Source: Bacteroidota bacterium
GTDB lineage: Bacteria; Bacteroidota; Bacteroidia; Chitinophagales; Chitinophagaceae
Assembly (NCBI GenBank): GCA_018971025.1
Contig: JAGWVE010000003.1
Location: 894 to 64,893 of the forward strand
Length of the DNA stretch: 64,000 nt
Direction of reading: 5' to 3'
Within the stretch, counting starts at the first letter, position 1; each line of letters opens with the position of its first letter. This document shows positions 1 through 8,599 of the stretch, in pieces. Below the pieces are notes generated by a model. It did not search any database. It was not told where the DNA came from and saw only the letters and a list, made by a program, of their open reading frames with translations. A program made the translations under genes and the position numbers.

Positions 1-1
1 A

Positions 2-1045
2 AATTATGCCCGTGAAATCCAAGAGCTTTTTTGTTGTGGTAAGGGTCCCAATTCTTTGTATACCGAAGCTGATGTAAAAGCAGCAGCAAAAGTATTAACA
101 GGTTGGTTAAATAATGCAACAACCTTAACGCCTTATTTTACTGCATCAAGACATGATGCCACCAATAAAACATTTTCTGCATTTTATAACAACACCGTTA
201 TAACCGGACGCAACACTGCGGCAGGTGCAACGCAGGAAATTGATGATTTATTAAACATGATTTTTGCCAATGCAGAAGTAGCGAAATACATATGTAGAAG
301 GCTTTACAGGTGGTTTGTGTATTATGATATAGATGATACCGTTGAACAAAATATTATTACGCCACTTGCAAATGTATTACGTGCCAATAATTATGAAGTA
401 AAACCGGTTTTGGATTTGCTACTAAAAAGCGAGCACTTTTTTGATGTATTATCGAGAGGTTGTATTATCAAAAGCCCCGCCGATTTAGTGATTGGTTTTT
501 GCAGAGAATCAGAAATTGTTTTCCAACCCGATACCGATTATTTCACCAATTATGGTTTTTATAATTACATGGTTAGTTGGCTTAGTAATATGCAGCAAAA
601 CATTGGTGATCCGCCAGATGTAAGTGGATGGAAAGCATATTACCAAGAACCACAGTTTTATGAAATTTGGATTAATAGTGATACGCTCCCTAAGCGGAAT
701 CAATTTACAGACACCATGCTTGTAAGTGGCTATACCTACAACAGTAAAAAAATCATGTTGGATCCTTTAGCCTATGCTACTACATTTAATAATCCTGGTG
801 ATCCCAACGCATTTATTGCAGAATTAACGGAGCGTTTGTTAGGGCTTGATATTTCTGCTGCGTCTAAAGCACAATTAAAAAAAGATATTTTATTGAGTGG
901 TCAAAGCACAGATATATACTGGACACAGGCCTGGGATCTATACATTTCAACACCTACCAATACTGCCAATACAACATCGGTTCGTACAAAAATTAGAGAC
1001 CTGATAAAATATTTAATGAACCTCGCAGAATACCAATTAGCCTAA
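2..1045 (+). CDS. DUF1800 domain-containing protein (5'-truncated by window edge)
   Basis: The frame is open from nt 2 (NYAREIQELFCCGKGPNSLYTEADVKAAAKVLTGW...), so the gene enters from upstream. The sequence pattern is typical of DUF1800. It directly precedes a DUF1501 gene, which is the usual pairing. Confidence 0.75.
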   Translation, partial: NYAREIQELFCCGKGPNSLYTEADVKAAAKVLTGWLNNATTLTPYFTASRHDATNKTFSAFYNNTVITGRNTAAGATQEIDDLLNMIFANAEVAKYICRRLYRWFVYYDIDDTVEQNIITPLANVLRANNYEVKPVLDLLLKSEHFFDVLSRGCIIKSPADLVIGFCRESEIVFQPDTDYFTNYGFYNYMVSWLSNMQQNIGDPPDVSGWKAYYQEPQFYEIWINSDTLPKRNQFTDTMLVSGYTYNSKKIMLDPLAYATTFNNPGDPNAFIAELTERLLGLDISAASKAQLKKDILLSGQSTDIYWTQAWDLYISTPTNTANTTSVRTKIRDLIKYLMNLAEYQLA

Positions 1046-1057
1046 ACTTTCCCCCCT

Positions 1058-2635
1058 ATGAAACGTAGAGCTTTTTTAAAAAATACAGTTCCTGTTGGTG
1101 TGGTCATGCCAGCACTTGTTGGTGGATTTTCCTTTAAGGCTTTTGGAGCAGAGGATCCACTAACACAGTCTTTGCTATTGCCTGCTGCAGTAGACAATGA
1201 TCATGTACTTGTTATTATACAACTTAATGGTGGTAATGATGGTTTAAACATGGTTATTCCGCTAGATAATTTCTCGAACTATGTAAATGCGCGTTCTAAT
1301 ATTTATATACCAGAAGATAAAGTTTTAAAATTAAGTGGTGTTACTAAAGCGGGCTTACATCCTGCTATGACAGGACTTCAGGCTATGTACGATGATGGAG
1401 AATTAAACATTGTACAATCGGTGGGATATCCGCAGCCAAGTTTTTCGCATTTTAGGGCTACCGATATTTGGATGAGTGCGAGTGATAGCAATACTGTGAT
1501 TAATAGTGGATGGGCAGGTCGTTTTTTAGATGCTGAGTTTCCAAATTTCCCAAATGGGTATCCAAATACATCGATGCCTGATCCACTTGCCATTCAAATT
1601 GGTTCTGCAACATCACTAACATTTCAGGGGCCTGCCGTAAGCATGGGCATGAGTATTAGTAACACTTCTAGTTTTTATAATCTCGTTAATGGTGTGCGTG
1701 ATGCAGCGCCTAATACGCCTGCTGGAAAAGAATTGAATTTTGTGCGCATGGTGTCTCAACAAACACAGCAATATGCTGCTGTTATTAAAGATGCGGCTGC
1801 AAAAGTTCCAACACAGGTTACTTATCCAACAAATAATTCATTGGCAGATCAATTAAAAATTGTAGCAAGACTTATTAAAGGGGGATTAAAAACACGCGTA
1901 TACATGGTAAACTTTGGCGGCTTTGACACACATGCCGTTCAAGTAAATGCTACAGATACGACAACGGGGAATCATGCTTCATTACTAGGAAAAGTCAGTG
2001 ATGCAATTAGAGCATTCCAAAAAGATTTAAAATTTTTAGGTGTTGATGACCGTGTAGCTGGCATGACTTTTTCTGAATTTGGAAGACGTATCAAATCCAA
2101 TGCAAGTTCAGGAACCGATCATGGGGCTGCTGCTCCTTTGTTTGTGTTTGGTAAAAATGTAATGCCTGGTGTTTTAGGATCTACACCAAAATTTGGCGCT
2201 ACCGTTACGGCTGGCGATAACGTTCCTTTTGAATTTGATTTTAGAAGTGTGTATGCAACACTTTTATCCAATTGGCTTTGTGTGTCTGATACAGACCTTC
2301 AGCAAATTATGCTCAAAAACTTTCAGACTTTACCACTTGTAAATGCAGCGGCTTGTAAAAAAGCCATGAATTTATCCGGCGAAAATTTGGTTAGTAATTA
2401 CCCCAATCCATTTACGAGCAAAACGGTGATTACCTTTAAAACTGCGGGTGGTCATACCCTTATTCAGGTGATGGACATGCTTGGGCGCGTGATTACCAAT
2501 TTAACAGACCGTGAATATGCCGCTGGCTCCTATACCGTTGTATTTGATTCTGGCAATTTGCCATCTGGGGTTTATTATGCTAGATTGCAAAACATGCAGG
2601 TGCAGCAGGTACATACCATGTTAAAAGTCAACTAG
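1058..2635 (+). CDS. DUF1501 domain-containing protein with twin-arginine signal and T9SS (Por) C-terminal sorting domain
   Basis: N-terminus MKRRAFLKN followed by a hydrophobic stretch (Tat motif). The central region is DUF1501/sulfatase-like (GGFDTH, GTDHG). The last ~80 aa read NYPNPFTSKTVITF...GVYYARLQ...MLKVN, which matches the type-A T9SS CTD pattern. Confidence 0.85.
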   Translation: MKRRAFLKNTVPVGVVMPALVGGFSFKAFGAEDPLTQSLLLPAAVDNDHVLVIIQLNGGNDGLNMVIPLDNFSNYVNARSNIYIPEDKVLKLSGVTKAGLHPAMTGLQAMYDDGELNIVQSVGYPQPSFSHFRATDIWMSASDSNTVINSGWAGRFLDAEFPNFPNGYPNTSMPDPLAIQIGSATSLTFQGPAVSMGMSISNTSSFYNLVNGVRDAAPNTPAGKELNFVRMVSQQTQQYAAVIKDAAAKVPTQVTYPTNNSLADQLKIVARLIKGGLKTRVYMVNFGGFDTHAVQVNATDTTTGNHASLLGKVSDAIRAFQKDLKFLGVDDRVAGMTFSEFGRRIKSNASSGTDHGAAAPLFVFGKNVMPGVLGSTPKFGATVTAGDNVPFEFDFRSVYATLLSNWLCVSDTDLQQIMLKNFQTLPLVNAAACKKAMNLSGENLVSNYPNPFTSKTVITFKTAGGHTLIQVMDMLGRVITNLTDREYAAGSYTVVFDSGNLPSGVYYARLQNMQVQQVHTMLKVN

Positions 2636-2690
2636 TTAAGGGGCTGTTAAAATATTTGCATCAATATTGCAAATATTGAACTGGTTTGCT

Positions 2691-2698
2691 TAAATTTG
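2691..2698 (+). promoter_or_regulatory. Bacteroidota -7 promoter box TAAATTTG (TonB-dependent receptor)
   Basis: Matches TAnnTTTG, 26 nt upstream of the ATG at 2725. Confidence 0.45.
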
Positions 2699-2724
2699 CA
2701 ACATTGTAGCAAAATTGGTAAACT

Positions 2725-5115
2725 ATGAAGCAGGGATTTCGCATTTTTTCCATTTCTATTTTGTTTTTGGGAGTTGCTTTTTCAGCAATCGCCGCTAATT
2801 TATCGGGTATAGTCTTGGATGCAAAAGGCAAGCCATTGGTAGGTGCTTCTATTTATATTCATGAAGCTAGAATGGGCGCCGTTTCAAATACCCAAGGAAA
2901 ATTTACAACGCCTAATTTACCAATAGGTAATTATTTAGTAGAGGTTTCATTTCAGGGTTATGCAAGTGTTTTGGTGACCATTGCTATCAAAGAAAATACG
3001 TACCAGGTTTTTACGCTTTTAGAAAGGTATGTTGAAAATGAAAACGTAACGGTAACGGGTGTAGCAAGTGCAACAAAAACCAAACAATCGGTACAGCCTA
3101 TTTCAATTGTAAAAAAATCAGAATTATTTAAAAATAGCGGCACCAATATTATTGATGCACTTAGTAAAATGGTACCAGGGCTTACTAGTTTTTCTTCTGG
3201 TCCGGCCATTGCAAAACCTGTTATTCGAGGACTTGGTTATAATAGAATTGTTACGGTGCATGATGGCATTAGACAAGAAGGGCAGCAGTGGGGCGATGAG
3301 CATGGAATCGAAATAGATGAATACAGTGTGCAGCGTGTAGAACTTTTAAAAGGTCCGGCTTCTTTATTGTATGGTAGCGATGCAATGGCTGGTGTGATAC
3401 ATATTATAACCAATACCCCCGTAGAACATGGAACCATCAAAGCAAATGTTCAGGGGACCTATATGAGCAACAATGGACTCTTGGGTACAAATGCAAACGT
3501 AGCAGGACATTTGCAAAACGGATTTAATTGGAACGTTTATGCGACTACAAAAAACGCAAAAGATTATTCAAATGCATACGATGGCAAAGTACTCAATAGC
3601 AGGTTTTCAGAAAAAAATATAGGTGGTTATGTAGGATTTAATAAATCGTGGGGGTATAGTCATTTGCTCGTAAGTAGTTTTGATCAAAACATTGGTATGA
3701 TTGAAGGAGAGCGTGATGCCACAACGGGTTCTTTCTTGATTTATCCAGGTACAGCTGCAGAGCGCATTGCAACACATCAAGATCTCACGAGTAGTAATTT
3801 TTTATTTCCGGGTCAAAAAATCAATCACTTTAAAATTGCTTCAGATAATAATATAGCACTTTCACGTGGCCGACTGGCTTTTAATATTGCCTATCAAAGA
3901 AATCAACGAAAAGAATTTGCAGACTATACCATGCCAACAACACCTGCACTTTATTTTGACTTGTCTACCATCAATTACACCCTGCAGTATCATGCGCCAG
4001 AAAAAAATGGATGGAAAACTTCTATTGGTTTAAATGGTATGCAACAAGAAAATAAAAACAAAGCTGATGAAGTTTTGATACCTGCCTATAAGCAGTTTGA
4101 TGCAGGCCTATTCTATTATACTAAAAAAACGTTTGCACAAAAAACAACCATTAGTGGTGGATTAAGATCAGACTTTCGTTCTGTACAAGGAGATGCCTAT
4201 TATGAAGGAGCTGTTCAAAAATTTGCAGCAATTGACAAACAACTTTTTAATGTAAGTGGAAGTGTTGGTATTAGTTACGAGCCTTCAAACACAACCATTG
4301 TAAAACTAAATATAGCGCGTGGTTATAGAGCGCCAACAGTGTCTGAACTTGCAAGTAATGGAACACACGAAGGCACCAATAGATACGAATATGGCGATCC
4401 AAATTTGCGTTCAGAAACATCATTGCAAATCGATGCGGGATTAGAATACAACAATGACCATATTGGCTTTTCTTTTACAGGTTTTTATAATCGTATTGCC
4501 AACTATATTTTTTATAGCAAACTTGCAAATAAGGCGGGTGCTGATTCACTCGTGCATATCAATGGAGAAGATTTAACGGCCTTTACTTTTAGACAATCCG
4601 GTGCATCGCTTATTGGCTTTGAGGCAAGATTTGATGTACATCCGCACCCACTCGATTGGCTGCATTTTGAAAATACCTTTTCGGTGGTATCGGGTAGGTT
4701 TAATGATGCAATAGATGGTAGCAACCATATTCCATTTATGCCACCAGCTAAACTTCAATCAGAATTAAGGGCGGACATAAAAAAATGGAAAACTTTTAGA
4801 GATGCCTATGTAAAAATAGAACTAGACCAAACAGCCAGCCAAAAAACCATTTTTACGGGCTTTGATACCGAAACCATTACGCCAGGTTATTCTTTGTTAC
4901 ATATTGGTATAGGAGGCAGTGTTGCATTTGGTAATAAAACTGCATTCTCATTTGCCTTAACTGCCAATAATATTACAGACGTAGCTTATCAAAGCCATTT
5001 AAGTAGGCTAAAATACACTGCGCTGAATGCCGCAACTGGCAGAACGGGTGTTTTTAATATGGGACGCTCCATTAACTTAAAAATAAATATCCCCTTCCAT
5101 TATAATCTAAAGTAA
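2725..5115 (+). CDS. TonB-dependent receptor with N-terminal carboxypeptidase-regulatory-like domain
   Basis: Signal peptide, then a CarbopepD_reg-like segment (GIVLDAKGKPLVGASIYI...GNYLVEVSFQGY). A plug region follows (PGLTSFSSGPAIAKPVIRGLGYNRIVTVHDGIRQEGQQWGDEHG). The C-terminal beta-barrel ends in an aromatic-rich strand. Confidence 0.85.
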   Translation: MKQGFRIFSISILFLGVAFSAIAANLSGIVLDAKGKPLVGASIYIHEARMGAVSNTQGKFTTPNLPIGNYLVEVSFQGYASVLVTIAIKENTYQVFTLLERYVENENVTVTGVASATKTKQSVQPISIVKKSELFKNSGTNIIDALSKMVPGLTSFSSGPAIAKPVIRGLGYNRIVTVHDGIRQEGQQWGDEHGIEIDEYSVQRVELLKGPASLLYGSDAMAGVIHIITNTPVEHGTIKANVQGTYMSNNGLLGTNANVAGHLQNGFNWNVYATTKNAKDYSNAYDGKVLNSRFSEKNIGGYVGFNKSWGYSHLLVSSFDQNIGMIEGERDATTGSFLIYPGTAAERIATHQDLTSSNFLFPGQKINHFKIASDNNIALSRGRLAFNIAYQRNQRKEFADYTMPTTPALYFDLSTINYTLQYHAPEKNGWKTSIGLNGMQQENKNKADEVLIPAYKQFDAGLFYYTKKTFAQKTTISGGLRSDFRSVQGDAYYEGAVQKFAAIDKQLFNVSGSVGISYEPSNTTIVKLNIARGYRAPTVSELASNGTHEGTNRYEYGDPNLRSETSLQIDAGLEYNNDHIGFSFTGFYNRIANYIFYSKLANKAGADSLVHINGEDLTAFTFRQSGASLIGFEARFDVHPHPLDWLHFENTFSVVSGRFNDAIDGSNHIPFMPPAKLQSELRADIKKWKTFRDAYVKIELDQTASQKTIFTGFDTETITPGYSLLHIGIGGSVAFGNKTAFSFALTANNITDVAYQSHLSRLKYTALNAATGRTGVFNMGRSINLKINIPFHYNLK

Positions 5116-5118
5116 TTG

Positions 5119-5126
5119 TAAATTTG
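5119..5126 (+). promoter_or_regulatory. -7 box TAAATTTG, 4 nt before the ATG of the DUF2721 gene
   Basis: TAAATTTG-TGGT-ATG. Confidence 0.45.
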
Positions 5127-5130
5127 TGGT

Positions 5131-5574
5131 ATGGAAATTAGCTTCAATACCCCGGCCTTACTTTTTCCAGCCATCAGTTTAATCATGCTGGCTTATACCA
5201 ACCGTTTTTTAGCACTTAGTAGTAGGGTTAGAAATTTGCATGATAAATACCAGAACCAGGAGCAAAAGCATATCATCCACGGACAAATAAAAAATATTCG
5301 TTACCGCATCAAGCTCATCAAAAATATGCAAGCATTAGGCGTGGTAACATTTTTGGGATGCATCCTGTGCATGTACCTCATTTATGTTCAGTTCATGATG
5401 GCGGCAAACATTATTTTTGCGGTAAGCTTGGTTTCTTTTTCGGCTTCTTTATTACTTTCTTTTTTAGAGATACAACTAAGTACCAAAGCGCTTGAGCTTG
5501 AGCTTAGTGATATTGAAGGATTAGAAGATCCTTCAGTAATCGAATACTTTAAAAAGAAATTTGGTAAAGAATAA
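5131..5574 (+). CDS. DUF2721 domain-containing membrane protein
   Basis: N-terminus PALLFPAISLIMLAYTNRFLALSSRVRNLH is typical of DUF2721. Three predicted TM segments. Confidence 0.7.
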   Translation: MEISFNTPALLFPAISLIMLAYTNRFLALSSRVRNLHDKYQNQEQKHIIHGQIKNIRYRIKLIKNMQALGVVTFLGCILCMYLIYVQFMMAANIIFAVSLVSFSASLLLSFLEIQLSTKALELELSDIEGLEDPSVIEYFKKKFGKE

Positions 5575-5584
5575 AGGCTACTTA

Positions 5585-7354
5585 TTAACGCGTTACTTTT
5601 CGTTCTCCAATTTGTTGGCGCCACATAGCGTAGTAAAGTCCTTTTTCTGCTAAGAGTGCTTCATGGGTGCCTGTTTCAACAATTTGTCCTTTTTCTAAAA
5701 CATAGATTCTATTGGCGTGCATGATCGTACTCAGTCTATGTGCAATCATAACTGTAATTTGTTCACGCTCTTCAGAAATAGCATGAATGGTTCTAGTGAT
5801 TTCTTCTTCTGTAATACTATCTAATGAAGAGGTGGCTTCGTCAAAAATGAGTAAGTGTGGATGTCTGAGTAGTGCACGCGCAATTGATAATCTTTGTTTT
5901 TCACCCCCACTAAGTTTTAATCCACCTTCGCCAATGATGGTTTCTAGACCTTGCTGAGCCTTAGATAAAATAGAATGACAACTTGCTTTTTCAAGTGCTT
6001 TAATCATTTCTTCGTCTGTGGCATTTGGAAATACAAAGCTTAAATTTTCTCTAATGGTTCCAGCAAATAATTGTGTATCCTGCGTTACAAATCCAATTTG
6101 ATTTCTCAGTTCTTCAAAATCAATATCGTTTTCTTTGGCGCCATTGTATTCGATATATCCAAACTGAGGTCTATAAAGCCCTACTAATAACTTTACAAGG
6201 GTGCTTTTGCCAGCGCCAGATGGGCCCACAAATGCAATGGTTTCGCCCAGTTTAACGTTAAAGGAGATATTGTCAAGGGCCTTAAATTGTGCGCTTTGGT
6301 GCTGAAAAGAAACGCCCGAAAAAGAAAGGGTTTGAATGGCGCCCACTTTGGTTGGATGCTCAGGCCTAGCTTCCACTTCACGGCTCATTAATTTGTGAAA
6401 ATTATTGAGCGAGGCTTCAGCTTCTCTGTAACTTAATATGATGCTACCAATTTCTTGAAGGGGTCCAAAAATAAAGAAGCTATAAAATTGAAGTGAAATT
6501 AATTGACCTACTGTTAATACGTCTCTATAAATAAGCCACATAAGTGTAAACGTAATAACCTGTCTTAAAAAATTAACAAGGGTTCCTTGAATAAAACTAA
6601 GCGAACGAATGCTTTTCACTTTTTTTAATTCAAGTCCTAAAATTTTATAGGTATTGGTATTGAGCCTTTTTACTTCCTGGTCTGTTAAGCCTAAACTTTT
6701 TACAAGTTCAATATTTCTTAAGCTTTCGGTGGTAGTGCCAGCAAGTGCTGTAGTTTCTCCAACAATTGCTTTTTGAATAATTTTAATTTTCTTACTGAGT
6801 AAATTGGTAACGGCGCCAATTAATATTGCTCCGCCTAAATATATTGGAACAATTGACCAGTGTAGTTTTGTTGCATAAATAGATACAAATACCACACTCA
6901 CAATAATGCCAAATAATACATTGGTTACATAGCCAATAAATTTTTCTGTATCGGCTCTTACTTTTGTTAAAATCGAAAGTGTTTCACCACTGCGTTGATC
7001 TTCAAAATCCTGGTAAGGTAAGCGCATCGAATGTTGAAGGCCATCTGTAAATATTTTAGCACCAAATTTTTGTATTACTACGTTTACGGTATAATCCTGG
7101 AAAGCCTTTGCTAGCCTGCTTACCATGGCAGTGCCTACCAGTAAAAATAGCATACCCATAATGCCTTTGATAAACTCGCTTTCGGTTCTAAAACTGCCGT
7201 CTGGGTTGGTTTTAGCGTGATTGGCAAACTGATCAATTAGTTTACCAAAAATCATAGGGTCAAACAATGAAAAAGTTTGGTTGATACCAGCTAATAGTAA
7301 TGCTAAAAGTACAAGCCCTTTATATGGCTTTAAATAGGTGATAAGTAATTTCAT
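5585..7354 (-). CDS. ABC transporter permease/ATP-binding fusion protein (MsbA/exporter type)
   Basis: Six-TM N-terminal half. Walker A GPSGAGKST, signature LSGGEKQRLSIARAL, Walker B LLIFDEATSSLD. Confidence 0.9.
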   Translation of the reverse strand: MKLLITYLKPYKGLVLLALLLAGINQTFSLFDPMIFGKLIDQFANHAKTNPDGSFRTESEFIKGIMGMLFLLVGTAMVSRLAKAFQDYTVNVVIQKFGAKIFTDGLQHSMRLPYQDFEDQRSGETLSILTKVRADTEKFIGYVTNVLFGIIVSVVFVSIYATKLHWSIVPIYLGGAILIGAVTNLLSKKIKIIQKAIVGETTALAGTTTESLRNIELVKSLGLTDQEVKRLNTNTYKILGLELKKVKSIRSLSFIQGTLVNFLRQVITFTLMWLIYRDVLTVGQLISLQFYSFFIFGPLQEIGSIILSYREAEASLNNFHKLMSREVEARPEHPTKVGAIQTLSFSGVSFQHQSAQFKALDNISFNVKLGETIAFVGPSGAGKSTLVKLLVGLYRPQFGYIEYNGAKENDIDFEELRNQIGFVTQDTQLFAGTIRENLSFVFPNATDEEMIKALEKASCHSILSKAQQGLETIIGEGGLKLSGGEKQRLSIARALLRHPHLLIFDEATSSLDSITEEEITRTIHAISEEREQITVMIAHRLSTIMHANRIYVLEKGQIVETGTHEALLAEKGLYYAMWRQQIGERKVTR

Positions 7355-7366
7355 AATAATGTAGTA

Positions 7367-8002
7367 TTATTCTGCGGATGCAGCTGCTTCGTTACAAGTT
7401 GCAATAAATGCTAACATGTCTTCGCGCCCAGTTTTTAATTCGGCACTTGTTACAAAATGGCGCGGCAAAAATTGCCAGCTTTCTTTTAGTACACTAAAAA
7501 AGCTTTCAACATTTCTTTTAACAACGCCAGGTTTTTCTTTATCAATTTTAGTAAACACGAGTGTAAACACAATACCCCAACTATCTAATTGACTAATAAA
7601 TTCTAAGTCGTTTTTTTGAGGACCATGTCTGCTATCAATGAGTACAAAAACTTGTACGAGGTTTTCTCTTTTTTTAAAATACCCTTCAATCATTTGTTCC
7701 CAGCGCCTTCTATCTGTTTGTGACCTTTTGGCGTAACCGTATCCTGGTAAGTCTACTATAAACCATTTATCTCTTGGTCCTTTTGCTTTAAGCGTACTTT
7801 CTATTTCAAAATGATTGATGAGTTGTGTTTTACCTGGCGTTCCAGATGTTTTGGCCAAACTTTTTTGACCCGTAAGCATATTAATTAGAGAGGACTTGCC
7901 CACATTGCTTCGACCAATAAAAGCATATTCGGGCCTATCTGGCTTTGGACATTTGTCAAAACTAGGACTCGAAACCAAATAGCTGGCTTTTGTAATTTCC
8001 AT
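7367..8002 (-). CDS. engB: ribosome biogenesis GTP-binding protein YihA/YsxC
   Basis: G1 motif GRSNVGKSSLIN, DLPGYGY, TKIDK. I use the ATG at 8002 (MEITKASY...). The track's TTG at 8017 would overlap the upstream terminator hairpin. Confidence 0.9.
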   Translation of the reverse strand: MEITKASYLVSSPSFDKCPKPDRPEYAFIGRSNVGKSSLINMLTGQKSLAKTSGTPGKTQLINHFEIESTLKAKGPRDKWFIVDLPGYGYAKRSQTDRRRWEQMIEGYFKKRENLVQVFVLIDSRHGPQKNDLEFISQLDSWGIVFTLVFTKIDKEKPGVVKRNVESFFSVLKESWQFLPRHFVTSAELKTGREDMLAFIATCNEAAASAE

Positions 8003-8014
8003 GCTGCAAGGTAA

Positions 8015-8045
8015 CAAAAAGCCCGCTTAGTTTAATAAGCGGGCT
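8015..8045 (-). terminator. intrinsic terminator after the haem-binding-domain gene
   Basis: Minus strand reads AGCCCGCTTA-TTAAAC-TAAGCGGGCT (10-bp stem) followed by TTTTTG. Confidence 0.8.
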
Positions 8046-8087
8046 AAATTTGATGATGTAATCTAAATGAAAATAGATTTTTCAAAC

Positions 8088-8588
8088 CTACTTTTTATCC
8101 TCTTTTTTTCTGATCAAGCTATCAATAGGATAGGTTGCTTTCATGGAGTCAAGTACAGACTGTGCCCAACTGGTTAGCGTAACTTGTTCCGCCTGGGTTA
8201 GTTTTGCTTCAGCATGAATAAGACTATACGATTCAAGGGGCATTTCACCTTCTTTAACTTGTTCTATTACTTCTTCCATTTTATGGTATTGCTTGCGCAA
8301 TTTATAATTGGCAAAATCATCCAAATTAAAATGTCTTTTACCATCAACTACATGGTCATTGATCCACCATGCTAGCGGCTGAACGCTCGCATACCATGGG
8401 TACTTTGTGTTATTGCTATGGCAATCATTACATGCTTTTACTAAAATGGCATCCACTTCTTTTGATACTGGATACAAGGTTGCAATATTTTTTGAATGGT
8501 CTGCTGATACGTTTTTTTCAGGTCTAAACGCTTGCATAACAATCAGTACAACAACAAGTGCGAGACCTATTTTTTTTAGTAAGTTCAT
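8088..8588 (-). CDS. haem-binding domain-containing protein (signal-anchored)
   Basis: CNDCHSNNTKYPWYASVQPLAWWINDHVVDGKRHFNLDDF matches the Haem_bd family pattern (CxxCH plus a conserved W-rich stretch). N-terminal signal or anchor. Confidence 0.7.
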   Translation of the reverse strand: MNLLKKIGLALVVVLIVMQAFRPEKNVSADHSKNIATLYPVSKEVDAILVKACNDCHSNNTKYPWYASVQPLAWWINDHVVDGKRHFNLDDFANYKLRKQYHKMEEVIEQVKEGEMPLESYSLIHAEAKLTQAEQVTLTSWAQSVLDSMKATYPIDSLIRKKEDKK

Positions 8589-8599
8589 GATGATGATTT

